A stretch of DNA of 48,649 bases, from positions 1 through 48,649 of the IMG/VR virus record IMGVR_UViG_3300044911_000889; one strand, given 5' to 3'. The notes beneath the pieces were generated by a model. It saw nothing but the letters and a program-made list of their open reading frames with translations. It made no database searches and was not told the origin of the DNA. The DNA comes from a virus (Duplodnaviria; Caudoviricetes). Below are positions 36,718-45,034 of the stretch, piece after piece (position 1 is the stretch's first letter; each line of letters begins with the position of its first letter). A program made the position numbers and the translations under genes.

Positions 36718-37030
36718 ATGCTTTCAGCCGATGCTCAAGGTAAACAATCACAGCGGTCAGATCATTGATCTCTTGCTTGAGTTTCTTAATGATGTGTTCT
36801 TCATGGGTTTCCATTAGCTGCTTTAGCTTCACCTCAGAAAAAGGTTTCTGAACTGGAAGCTTTGCAGCTTTTGGTGGACGACCCCTGCGCTTTGGCAGAC
36901 CGTTTTCTCGATTGATTTCTGACTTGATGTCATAGACATACTGAAGGCTTGTGCCAGTCAGGGCCGCTGCCTCTTTTGCAGTGGCACCTTTGTCCAGGAA
37001 CTCTTTTACAGTTTGCTTCTTTGTTTGCAT
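36701..37030 (-). CDS. HTH + AT-hook-like + coiled-coil protein
   Basis: A.EAA..TG.S.QYVY; KRRGRPP; RBS GAGGTG. Confidence 0.65.
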   Translation of the reverse strand: MQTKKQTVKEFLDKGATAKEAAALTGTSLQYVYDIKSEINRENGLPKRRGRPPKAAKLPVQKPFSEVKLKQLMETHEEHIIKKLKQEINDLTAVIVYLEHRLKAYGAAI

Positions 37031-37040
37031 TTAAATCACC

Positions 37041-37325
37041 TCAAAAAGGAATATCGCCATCAAGATCGTCATCCTTGGATTGCTGCGGGGTAACATTCTC
37101 TGGAATAAACCGATCAACAGCGAGCGACAGGTAAACCGTTCCGTTCTTGCTCCTCATCTTCCACCCTGACAGCTTGACGACGTGCAGGCCGTTGACGACC
37201 TCAATCTTGGTCATGTTCTTCAGATCGATGGCAATCTCACCCCAGTAGTCAGGGGCCTTCGGATGCTTCTTAGACTGGGTTGCCAGTAATCTGCCCGAAT
37301 CAGGGCGTTGCTCAAAATCACTCAC
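37041..37325 (-). CDS. SSB-like protein
   Basis: PDY.G.I...LSGW....G..YLSL with acidic DDDLDGDIPF tail; next to the annealase. Confidence 0.75.
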   Translation of the reverse strand: MSDFEQRPDSGRLLATQSKKHPKAPDYWGEIAIDLKNMTKIEVVNGLHVVKLSGWKMRSKNGTVYLSLAVDRFIPENVTPQQSKDDDLDGDIPF

Positions 37326-37990
37326 TTGCTTTCTCCTTGGGTCATGGTTGCTTTTGCTTCTTGGAACTTCTCCAAGATGCGCTTGTATTCCTCAGGCATC
37401 TTTGCCTTCAGAACATCGATAGTGGTCTGGTTCGACTTCCAATATGAACGCAGACCCTTCTCGTCTTTGGCGATGTGGATGTACTCCAGCATCGAGTTTG
37501 CAAACAGTTGAAGGTTTGCAGTTTCTTGTTGGCTTGTCTCCGGAACCTCCTTAGCTACTGGCTTCATATCTTCTTCTTCGGGCAGATCCTCACCAGCGTA
37601 GATGTACAGACCCAGGCCGAAGAGAGCCAAGCACTTGGTCATGCAGCGCATGATGGCCGTGTTTAAATTGAAGGAGTCGAGCTTCTCAACCTTTTCGTTG
37701 CCGTACTTGTCCTTGAACTTCCTGCCCTCGATGGAGATAGGCTGGTTGCTGCTGTTCATCACAGGCAGGTGGCAGGTACGGACAATGCCTTCAATACGAA
37801 CAGCGACCACAACCATAGCTGTACCGTTTACATCGACGTAAGGCTTGCCATCGAAGTGCTGCACCTCAAAGTTGGCAGCAGGGTCTGCCTTCAAAGCTTC
37901 TGCCCAGGCCCATGCCCATGACAGATAGGTAAGGTTCTGCTTCTTCTCTGTGTGTTCATTCACGTTCAGCTTCAGTAGCCGATGCTCCAA
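37322..37990 (-). CDS. sak: Sak (Rad52-like, DUF1071) single-strand annealing protein
   Basis: NVNEH.EKK..LTYLSWAWAW...LPVM...N.AIMRC..K.LA.FGLGLYIYAGEDLP; probable TTG start with GGAGA (ORF is open further upstream). Confidence 0.85.
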   Translation of the reverse strand: MEHRLLKLNVNEHTEKKQNLTYLSWAWAWAEALKADPAANFEVQHFDGKPYVDVNGTAMVVVAVRIEGIVRTCHLPVMNSSNQPISIEGRKFKDKYGNEKVEKLDSFNLNTAIMRCMTKCLALFGLGLYIYAGEDLPEEEDMKPVAKEVPETSQQETANLQLFANSMLEYIHIAKDEKGLRSYWKSNQTTIDVLKAKMPEEYKRILEKFQEAKATMTQGESK

Positions 37991-38846
37991 GCGCTCTCCA
38001 ATCAGCGTACTGGCTGCACCACTGATTGACCCCACAGTAGTTTCCTGTGCAGCGCTTAGGCTCACCGTGTCTTGTTTCGACATATCCTTTTTCCTTTTCT
38101 GCAAGTTGTGTTGCTTCTTCCATTGATTTAAATACACGGATCGCCGTCTTGCGACCCTCTCTCTTCACGGCGTACATCGTCTCCGACATCCACCGCTCTT
38201 CAGGGCTGCACTCAGTCAGTGCCTCCCCAAGATCATGGTCCACCTTGGAATCGCGGTGGGACTCAAGCCTGCCCTTAACAAACCTGTCTGCCTCATGGGT
38301 ACTCCACATAGGTATGTCCAGCATATGGATCGGGGCAGCAGGGTATCCCTCCCGATGATCATGGCGGTTAAAGTCCCGGATGAAGGAGCAGATCTTCAGG
38401 CCCTTTACACGCTTACCCTTGACCTTCTCCACCAACCATTTGTAAAGATTAAGCTGCTGCTCCCACTCGACCTTCTCGTTCATGACTGCCCAGGCAGAGG
38501 TGAACTTGTAGTCAATGATCACCACACCACCGTCAACCTCCTGCTGAATGTCGATGGCACCACTGATCCTGACCCCATCAACCTCAACGAACAGACGCTC
38601 CTCAGTGATGTAGCCTGGGGTGACTCCACGCTCCATGACCACATGAAGGGCGGATCCCATCATGGACCACAGCATATCGGACACATCCTCCTCGATCTGA
38701 TCGTTGTATTGTTCGCGCAAACGACGGATGCGCGGAGAGGACAATAGCTCGGTAACACTGTACTGTGCAGCACCCTTGCTGTAGTATTCGCGTGTTGCCA
38801 GAGTCACCAATGGAGCAGGCACTCCGTACTTGTTTGTAACCTTCAT
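37956..38846 (-). CDS. PD-(D/E)xK (Cas4/RecB-like) exonuclease
   Basis: G.ALH..ME, E.RL, SGAID, IDYK, QLN.Y, C-terminal RC..YC.V..WC. Confidence 0.85.
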   Translation of the reverse strand: MKVTNKYGVPAPLVTLATREYYSKGAAQYSVTELLSSPRIRRLREQYNDQIEEDVSDMLWSMMGSALHVVMERGVTPGYITEERLFVEVDGVRISGAIDIQQEVDGGVVIIDYKFTSAWAVMNEKVEWEQQLNLYKWLVEKVKGKRVKGLKICSFIRDFNRHDHREGYPAAPIHMLDIPMWSTHEADRFVKGRLESHRDSKVDHDLGEALTECSPEERWMSETMYAVKREGRKTAIRVFKSMEEATQLAEKEKGYVETRHGEPKRCTGNYCGVNQWCSQYADWRALGASATEAERE

Positions 38847-38857
38847 CAGGACACCTC

Positions 38858-39307
38858 ATGAACATCGATGGAAAGAATAATAGCACTATCTGGACGCCGG
38901 GGCAAGCGATAGCGCAAATTATTTTAGGAGAACCTGCATCCAAGGCCAACTCCCGCAGGGTGGTGCGCTATGGTGGTGTGTCCAGGCTGATCAAAAGCGC
39001 CAAGGCGCTGACCTACTCAGATGTCTTTAAGGCGCAGGCAAAGCCCATCTCCCCTCTAATAGAGAGCGATGTATCTGTGACCATGTACATCTACTACGCC
39101 AGCCGCAGGCCAGATCTGGATGAGTCCCTCATCTTGGATCTGTTACAGGGTGTGTTGTATGTTAACGACAGGCAGGTAAAAGAGAAGCACATCTACTGGG
39201 GCCTGGACAAGGAGAACCCCAGGACAGAGATCGTGGTTGAGGTGATGGAACAAAAAAAAGCCCCTGCCGGTAAGGGCAAGGGCCGTTCCAAGGAGAACTC
39301 GAAATGA
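38858..39307 (+). CDS. rusA: RusA-like Holliday junction resolvase
   Basis: GEPASKAN...RRPDLD...ILD.LQG..Y.NDRQV...NPR.EI; start codon uncertain. Confidence 0.8.
   Translation: MNIDGKNNSTIWTPGQAIAQIILGEPASKANSRRVVRYGGVSRLIKSAKALTYSDVFKAQAKPISPLIESDVSVTMYIYYASRRPDLDESLILDLLQGVLYVNDRQVKEKHIYWGLDKENPRTEIVVEVMEQKKAPAGKGKGRSKENSK
38877..38905 (-). promoter_or_regulatory. sigma70-like promoter for the leftward recombination operon
   Basis: Minus strand TTGCCC-17 nt-TATTAT, ~30 nt upstream of the exonuclease ATG with GAGGTG RBS. Confidence 0.6.
39252..39283 (-). terminator. Leftward intrinsic terminator inside the rusA 3' end
   Basis: Minus strand GCCCTTGCC-cttacc-GGCAGGGGC-T8; the G-U pair forms only on the minus strand. 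Confidence 0.7.
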
Positions 39308-39336
39308 CTATGAAGCAACTGCACCGAGAAGTGCAG
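39252..39336 (-). ncRNA. Candidate ~85-nt antisense sRNA with anti-SD/anti-start segment
   Basis: 5' hairpin CTGCAC/GTGCAG, unpaired TGCTTCATAGTCATTTCGAGTTCTCCTT, terminator; TACACT -10 at 39341-39346 with a weak -35. Confidence 0.45.
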
Positions 39337-39483
39337 GGGTAGTGTAGCTCAAAAAGAGCAGAGTAATCTTCCGGTTGGAATGTGCGGCTTTATGATTTGA
39401 GTCCATTTGCCCAAAACATCTTTAAGCGTTTAAACGCGATACACCTGATACCTTGACCCAATTGCTACATTTAAACGTAGCAC

Positions 39484-39512
39484 TTGACAACGACGGAACT
39501 CTCTCTTAAAAT
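39484..39512 (+). promoter_or_regulatory. Near-consensus sigma70 promoter
   Basis: TTGACA-17 nt-TAAAAT. Confidence 0.75.
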
Positions 39513-39537
39513 CGCCCCACGGCGATTTTAAGAGAGA
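39500..39537. repeat. Perfect 17-bp inverted repeat with 4-nt spacer
   Basis: TCTCTCTTAAAATCGCC-ccac-GGCGATTTTAAGAGAGA. Confidence 0.95.
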
Positions 39538-39580
39538 CCCGTAAAGATGTTTCGGTGGTACAGCTTGTGCCATTTAAACG

Positions 39581-39689
39581 CAACATGCATGGGGATTGAG
39601 GCACAGGCCCGTAGATTTTGATTCTGCGAATGCCGGTCAGTACAAGAGCGTGAACGCCTGCTCTCTGACTACAGTCCCCAGCCGTGTTG
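39581..39689 (+). ncRNA. Candidate structured RNA
   Basis: Closing stem CAACATG-ca-TGGGGATTG / CAGTCCCCA-gc-CGTGTTG encloses further hairpins; lies downstream of the 39484 promoter. Confidence 0.45.
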
Positions 39690-39766
39690 GTTACATATAC
39701 TGGCTTGCTCGTGCGACTGTTTAACCTGAGATGAGCGCAGGCCAACAACTTTTTTTCTGTAGGGGC

Positions 39767-39796
39767 TTGACACACCCTGATCTTCTTTGATAGAGT
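39767..39796 (+). promoter_or_regulatory. sigma70 promoter
   Basis: TTGACA-18 nt-TAGAGT with TGn extension. Confidence 0.7.
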
Positions 39797-39802
39797 CTTC
39801 CC

Positions 39803-39901
39803 TGTTGCCGTGGAAAGCGACAAGTGAAAGCCGTTACACATGCTCTCGCCCTTGGTCTTAACCGAAGGGTTTCCACCGAGGGCAGTTGTAACGGCTTTTT
39901 T
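39803..39901 (+). ncRNA. Candidate pseudoknotted small RNA or attenuator leader
   Basis: Four nested stems, a 7-bp loop-junction pairing GTGGAAA/TTTCCAC, and a terminal U tract. Confidence 0.6.
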
Positions 39902-40133
39902 GTTGTCTTCCAGCAGCCGGGGCCATCATCCAGCCCTTGAGAATGTTGGTGCGACAGACTCAGATAAGCGTGGCGAACCTTGTGGTGCTTAAGTAGCGAA
40001 AGCGAACGGGGCCTGGAGCGAGGGGTAGACACAATCTACCAGCCTAGATAAACGAGAGCATCTGCCTGTGAAGGTATAACCGGATACAAACCCCGGATGT
40101 GCTTGCACGCCTGTTTAAATTAAAAGGAATCTT

Positions 40134-40358
40134 ATGAGTGAAGAAGCAGCGGACCGTGAGAAGGTACTTCATGAGATAGGTAAAGCCTACATTGACATGA
40201 AGCACAACAGAGCTAGAGGTTACATGGTTGTAGTCGATGATGCTACGCAGAAGATGGCTGTCATCGTCTACAACATGGGCCAGTCAGAGTTTGTACAGAC
40301 TGCCATCAGGATGGTAGAGGACACCATTGACGACATAGAGGAGCGTTCGAATGACTAA
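40134..40358 (+). CDS. Hypothetical protein
   Basis: RBS AAGGA; 74 aa, coupled to the next gene. Confidence 0.65.
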   Translation: MSEEAADREKVLHEIGKAYIDMKHNRARGYMVVVDDATQKMAVIVYNMGQSEFVQTAIRMVEDTIDDIEERSND

Positions 40359-40689
40359 GGATTTAAACGATGCTTTGACTGTTGACTTGTGGACTCAATC
40401 TTTTGGTACTGCCCCTGTTAAGCTGTCCCGGCGTGACGGTCCGTCGACTTCCACAGAGGCTGCTCAATCAATTGATTCTGCCAAGCTTGAGTTGATGGTC
40501 TACGAAGCAATCAAGAAACATGGACTGAGCGGTTGCATCAGTGATGATGTTCGCTCTATGTATCCTCATCTTCCCTACTCATCTGTCACGGCGAGGTACA
40601 AGGCCTTGCTTGACAAGGGATTTATTGAGATCATTGGCACCCGCCCCTGCCGGTCAGGCAGGAAGCAACGTGTAATGAGGGCAGTATGA
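40351..40689 (+). CDS. Winged-helix DNA-binding protein
   Basis: R...P.TS.EAA.S; G.ISDDV...YSSVTARY..L...G.I...G.R...SGR.QRV. Confidence 0.7.
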   Translation: MTKDLNDALTVDLWTQSFGTAPVKLSRRDGPSTSTEAAQSIDSAKLELMVYEAIKKHGLSGCISDDVRSMYPHLPYSSVTARYKALLDKGFIEIIGTRPCRSGRKQRVMRAV

Positions 40690-40922
40690 GAAATTGGAAA
40701 CAGGAATACAAAACCCAGGCAGAACGTGGTGAACACGAAGACCGAATGGAACGTCAACGCGCTCGACGTGAGATGGACAAGAAGGGTGTAGACCGTAAGG
40801 GCAAGGACGTAGCCCACGTTGTAGCTCTTTCAAAAGGCGGAAGCAACAAGCAGGGTGTCCGCCTACAAGCACCGTCAAAGAACCGAAGCTTTAAACGCAA
40901 GTCGGACGGTTCAATGAAATGA
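40686..40922 (+). CDS. Small basic HNH-like protein
   Basis: R..K.EY...R..R.RARR...GKDV.H...LSKGGSN...S.NRS. Confidence 0.7.
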   Translation: MRNWKQEYKTQAERGEHEDRMERQRARREMDKKGVDRKGKDVAHVVALSKGGSNKQGVRLQAPSKNRSFKRKSDGSMK

Positions 40923-42610
40923 ACCTTGATGTTGACTTCGAGGGCAGATCCTCCAGGGTGGTCTGCCCCTACTGCGCTGACACGCGCAGGAAATCCAACC
41001 TAAAAGAAATGACGCTGACCCGGCAGTCAGATGGTGCAGTTCTGTATTACTGCCACCACTGTGATGCAAATGGGTCGGTACAAGCTAAGGAGTTTAAATT
41101 GGCAGCAGTCCCAGCACTGATCCCGCCGACAAAGGGATTGGGAGAGAAAGAATACGCATGGCTTCAGGGCAGAGGTATTTCAAAGGAGACAGCAGACAAG
41201 ATGAAGCTGTTCCCAGAGACGAAGTACTTTAAACGCTTAGAGCGTAACGCCGACGCGATAGGGTTCCCATATTTCCGTAACGGTGTGTTTATGGGAACCA
41301 AGTACCGATCGTTTCCTGAGAAGGACTTCACTCAGGATGCAGGTGGCAATCATGATTTCTTTGGGCTTGATCAGGTAGAACTGGGCAAGCCCATTGTCAT
41401 TGTGGAGGGTGAGATTGATTGTTTAACTGCGATGGAGGCAGGGATAGAGAATGTGGTGAGCGTACCGTCGGGGGCACCAGTGAAGGTGGCAGACGGTAAG
41501 GTATCTCCTACAGAGGACAAGAAGTTTGCCTATGTATGGAACGCCAGGGAAGTGCTTGACGCAGCACCTTATGTAATCATTGCAACAGATCAAGATCCAC
41601 CAGGGCAGGCTCTTGCCGAAGAGCTAGCAAGGAGGATCGGCAAAGAGAAGTGTCGCATCGCCAAGTTTGACAAGAAGGATTTGAACGAAGTATTCAATGA
41701 CCCTCCTCGGCATGACCCCCCTCGGAGTGGGGCGGAGTCGGTGCAGGCGGTCGTGGACGGGGCCAAGCCGTACCCGATCTCGGGGCTGTCCGACGCCGAC
41801 ACCTATTTTGAGCGTTTAAACGACCTATTCGACAAGGGTACGGGCAAGGGGTTTAGCACCGGGTATGCGTCGGTGGATTCGATTTACACGGTGGCACCAG
41901 GGCAGTTGACGGTGGTGACCGGATACCCATCGTCGGGTAAGAGCAACTTCGTCGATCAGATCATGGTCAACCTCGCCTCAAAGGAAGATTGGAAGTTTGC
42001 GGTCTGCTCCTTTGAGAATCAGCCCGAGGTCCACATCGCCCGATTGATGGAGATCTACACGAAAAAGAAGTTCTTCGACGGCCAGATGCGGATGAGCAAG
42101 GAAATGATGACTGAAGCGTTTAAATGGGTGAAGGATCACTTCCTATTCATCGATTCGAATGGTGAAGAACCCAGCACCCTCGATTCAATCCTGGAGCGGG
42201 CCAGGGTGGCAGTTAAACGCATGGGGGTCAGGGGTCTGGTTATAGACCCGTACAATTACATCGATCTAGAACGCAGGGATACAACGGAAACGGAAGCAAT
42301 CAGCAATATGCTGACCAGGGTGCAAAAGTTCTGCAAGGCGCAAGATGTCCATGTCTGGTTTGTAGCGCACCCATCGAAGATCCAGCGTTCGGGGGTGGAG
42401 CAGCCCAGGCCAGACGGTATGAGCATCAGCGGATCGATGGCGTGGTGGGCGAAGACTGACTGCGGGTTGACGGTTCACAGGGGGGAGGGGACCACGGTAG
42501 AGATCGCGGTCTGGAAATGCCGGTATAGGTGGGTCGGCACCCAGGGTGAGACTAGCCTTGTGTACAGCAAGGAGTCAGGAAGTTATTACGAAAACCTCGA
42601 CAAGTTTTAG
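40919..42610 (+). CDS. Primase-helicase (T7 gp4/Twinkle-like)
   Basis: Zn finger CPYC...CHHC; TOPRIM EGEID and D.D.PG; Walker A GYPSSGKS; VIDPY, VAHP.K, ISGS. Confidence 0.92.
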   Translation: MNLDVDFEGRSSRVVCPYCADTRRKSNLKEMTLTRQSDGAVLYYCHHCDANGSVQAKEFKLAAVPALIPPTKGLGEKEYAWLQGRGISKETADKMKLFPETKYFKRLERNADAIGFPYFRNGVFMGTKYRSFPEKDFTQDAGGNHDFFGLDQVELGKPIVIVEGEIDCLTAMEAGIENVVSVPSGAPVKVADGKVSPTEDKKFAYVWNAREVLDAAPYVIIATDQDPPGQALAEELARRIGKEKCRIAKFDKKDLNEVFNDPPRHDPPRSGAESVQAVVDGAKPYPISGLSDADTYFERLNDLFDKGTGKGFSTGYASVDSIYTVAPGQLTVVTGYPSSGKSNFVDQIMVNLASKEDWKFAVCSFENQPEVHIARLMEIYTKKKFFDGQMRMSKEMMTEAFKWVKDHFLFIDSNGEEPSTLDSILERARVAVKRMGVRGLVIDPYNYIDLERRDTTETEAISNMLTRVQKFCKAQDVHVWFVAHPSKIQRSGVEQPRPDGMSISGSMAWWAKTDCGLTVHRGEGTTVEIAVWKCRYRWVGTQGETSLVYSKESGSYYENLDKF

Positions 42611-42665
42611 ATTATCTTTTGTGGGATATAAAAAGATAATTGCGTTTAAACGATCATCAGTAGAC

Positions 42666-42700
42666 AAAAAAAGGGGGGCCGAAGCCCCCCTTATTATTTT
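42666..42700. terminator. Bidirectional intrinsic terminator
   Basis: A7-GGGGGGC-cgaa-GCCCCCC-TTATTATTTT between convergent operons; cUUCGg loop on the minus strand. Confidence 0.85.
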
Positions 42701-42909
42701 CGAATCATGTAGATCGCACCAGCCAGATCGGGGAAGGCACCCTGCGGAATGGGCACCCTCTCCTTGGTCATCCTCCAGACCCTCCAGCGTCCCTCATAGG
42801 TGATGTATTTAGCTCCTGAGGGTATGTGCCTCTCATGGTCGATCAGTTTGATGGGCAGGGGATAGACTGCCTTGAGGAAGGCAGGATCCCGGCAGGTAAC
42901 GGCTAGCAT
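42694..42909 (-). CDS. Hypothetical protein
   Basis: Last ORF of the leftward operon before the terminator. Confidence 0.55.
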   Translation of the reverse strand: MLAVTCRDPAFLKAVYPLPIKLIDHERHIPSGAKYITYEGRWRVWRMTKERVPIPQGAFPDLAGAIYMIRK

Positions 42910-43013
42910 ACTGAGCAGGACCACCAATAGACCAGGGTGAGGGCGATGGACAGACCTATCAGGAAGGCCAGCAGGAAGCCTAGGGCAGCTTCAGCGCGGT
43001 CGGACAGCCTCAT
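42903..43013 (-). CDS. 36-aa single-TM protein missing from the track (MRLSDRAEAALGFLLAFLIG...)
   Basis: ATGA coupling; hydrophobic helix. Confidence 0.55.
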   Translation of the reverse strand: MRLSDRAEAALGFLLAFLIGLSIALTLVYWWSCSVC

Positions 43014-43216
43014 GCCTGCCCCCTGATCTGGAAGGTGTCAGATCCGCACTGGGTGACGGTCATACCGTTGTCCAGCATCCATTGAAAGGTTTTTCGCAGC
43101 CATTCGTTGTCCACCATATCCAGGCTCGGGTATTCATGAACGAATGAATGGGTGCGGGTGGCGGCAGTGTCGGCGTTGAATCGCTCCCACTCGCCAGTGT
43201 TGTGATGTATAAACAT
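43010..43216 (-). CDS. Hypothetical protein
   Basis: RBS GAGGAG; 68 aa. Confidence 0.6.
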   Translation of the reverse strand: MFIHHNTGEWERFNADTAATRTHSFVHEYPSLDMVDNEWLRKTFQWMLDNGMTVTQCGSDTFQIRGQA

Positions 43217-43339
43217 TTAAACGCTCCTCATGAATGGTGCAGGTTCTGCATCCGCAGGGTTAAAGGGTGCTGGCGGGGGCAGTTGCCCAGGCTTATCCAG
43301 CGGGTTGGGGAAGGGGGGAAAGGGCCATGTTGTTGGCAT
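43217..43339 (-). CDS. 40-aa Pro-rich peptide missing from the track (MPTTWPFPPFPNP...EPAPF)
   Basis: RBS GAGGA; WPFP and E.APF motifs; stop abuts next ATG. Confidence 0.55.
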   Translation of the reverse strand: MPTTWPFPPFPNPLDKPGQLPPPAPFNPADAEPAPFMRSV

Positions 43340-43358
43340 AGGGTCCTCTACTGGTTTC

Positions 43359-43382
43359 AAAAAACAGGGCCGGGTGGCCCTG
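43359..43382 (-). terminator. Intrinsic terminator after the vWA gene
   Basis: CAGGGCC-accc-GGCCCTG-T6 on the minus strand. Confidence 0.65.
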
Positions 43383-43387
43383 CATCC

Positions 43388-45025
43388 TCATGCGGCCAGC
43401 TTGATCTGACCGAGTGCTACCCTGCCCAGGTCGGCCATATCGTTGACCTGCACCGCCTGGGTATAGACGCCACTGACGTTGTGCTTGATGCCTACGCCGA
43501 TGGTGGTGATGCCCAGGGCCTCGCCTGCCTGGGCCTGCTGCCGCGCAGCCTGACGGTTGCCATCGCCATCGGTCAGCACAAAGCAGACCTTCCGAGCCTC
43601 TGGCCTGCCTCGCAGCAGGTCATGGGCATATCGGATGGCGGCATAGTCGTTGGTGCTGCCACCGTCCCCGATGCGCTCCAGAGTCTTGATCTTGGCCTTG
43701 GCGCGGGTATCAAACCCAGCAGCGAGGGACACCATGCTGCCGAATGTGACGATTGCGCTTTTGACACCCGCAGCCTCAAGGGTTTCGACCAGGGCGGCGG
43801 CAGCGTTGACGGCGGCAGTAATGACCGAGATATGGTCGAACATCGAGCTACTAACGTCCACCACAATTACCACTGCCGAATCGATCCCGTCAATGTCGCG
43901 GCGCAGTTGGAACAGGGCGTCCGACTGACCGAATTTGTGCAGGGCGCGGGGGTTGATAGCGCCCGACTTACGGTTGGGGCTGAGCATTGTTGTCGCGCTA
44001 TCCTCGAACAGGCGGCGCACTTCATAGCGAAGCTTGGCGGGGACGGTTACCCTGCATTGCAGCCTGTCGTAGTTGTTGATGTGATAGCGATCCTTGGCCA
44101 GATCCGCACCTGTAGACCATGTGCCGCTGCTGGCTGCACCCTCAGGGGCCTTGACCGATGGCTCAACCTCGACGGGATCACAGTCCTGGCCTGGGGCAGT
44201 CGCAGAGCCGTTTTCCTGGTCTGCTGCACCCTCACCCTGCCCCTGATCGGCGCTCTGAGCGGGTTCTGATGCGTCCTGGGGGCCTTCCTGATCACCCTGT
44301 CCAGGCTGACCTTGGTCTTGGCCCTGATCCTGCCCAGGTTGACCTTGGTCGGGCTGACCTTGGTCGGGCTGATCTTGCTGCTCTGGCCGCTGGGGCAGCG
44401 CCTGCAACTGTGCATAGATCCACGCGGCCAATTTAAACGTTTCGTCGGTGCTGGTGCAGGTCAGCACCCTGGCGGCGGCAGCGTCGAAGATCGGGGACAG
44501 GCCAGCAGGCAGGGGGATCTTGTTGGCAGCATGGCGGCGCAGGTAGATTGCCAGCAGGAAGGGATACTGGCAGGGGTCAGACCAGTCGCTGACCTCGGCC
44601 TTAGCCTCAGTGACCATCTGATCGACCAGACCACCGAGCAGGCCAGCAATATTGCCGAGCAGGCCAGCGTCAATTGCTGAGTGTTCGATCCAGGCATCCT
44701 CGACTGCATTGTGCAGCGCAGCAAGGTATGGGACCTTGTCATATTTAGGATCAAAGTTGGTGTACTTACGGTGCAGCAACTCATGCACGACAAATCCACA
44801 GTACCTCACCAGGGTGGCGCGGGTGATGGTGGCGTCATCATTGACGTTGGACAGATAGATCTCGCCCCGTGCGCTGATGGCAGCGGTGCGGATGCCGCGC
44901 TGCCACTCCAGGGTCACCGCAGCCAGATCCAGGGCCGCGCAGGCATGGTGAGTGAAAGCCTCGACACCCTGGCGCAACTCCCATCCTTTGATGGTGGCGC
45001 GATTGAAAAGGACATTGTGATTCAT
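43388..45025 (-). CDS. CobT-like protein: N-terminal HExxH domain, acidic Q/G linker, C-terminal vWA
   Basis: HELLH..YT...N.VED.WIE; MIDAS DVSSSM...T.D...LTDG. Confidence 0.85.
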   Translation of the reverse strand: MNHNVLFNRATIKGWELRQGVEAFTHHACAALDLAAVTLEWQRGIRTAAISARGEIYLSNVNDDATITRATLVRYCGFVVHELLHRKYTNFDPKYDKVPYLAALHNAVEDAWIEHSAIDAGLLGNIAGLLGGLVDQMVTEAKAEVSDWSDPCQYPFLLAIYLRRHAANKIPLPAGLSPIFDAAAARVLTCTSTDETFKLAAWIYAQLQALPQRPEQQDQPDQGQPDQGQPGQDQGQDQGQPGQGDQEGPQDASEPAQSADQGQGEGAADQENGSATAPGQDCDPVEVEPSVKAPEGAASSGTWSTGADLAKDRYHINNYDRLQCRVTVPAKLRYEVRRLFEDSATTMLSPNRKSGAINPRALHKFGQSDALFQLRRDIDGIDSAVVIVVDVSSSMFDHISVITAAVNAAAALVETLEAAGVKSAIVTFGSMVSLAAGFDTRAKAKIKTLERIGDGGSTNDYAAIRYAHDLLRGRPEARKVCFVLTDGDGNRQAARQQAQAGEALGITTIGVGIKHNVSGVYTQAVQVNDMADLGRVALGQIKLAA

Positions 45026-45034
45026 GATAAAACC

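Noticed and set aside
37956-38846. CRISPR-Cas system suggested by the Cas4-like nuclease
   Set aside because: No repeat-spacer array or other cas genes; context is an exonuclease-Sak-SSB recombination module
39337-39412. tRNA (TAGCTCAAAAAGAGCA resembles a D arm, TTTGAGTCC a T loop)
   Set aside because: No anticodon stem, no GG in the D loop, imperfect T and acceptor stems; at most a relic
39591-39680. tRNA or tmRNA (GGGG...CCCCA ends)
   Set aside because: No TTCRA T loop or cloverleaf; kept only as a generic structured RNA
39506-40032. Minus-strand ORFs of 111 and 103 aa in the intergenic region
   Set aside because: They run antisense across promoters and RNA stems and show no protein-like motifs
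41697-41725. 15-bp tandem duplication (NDPPRHDPPRS) in the primase-helicase
   Set aside because: Small in-frame slippage in an interdomain linker, with no evidence of function
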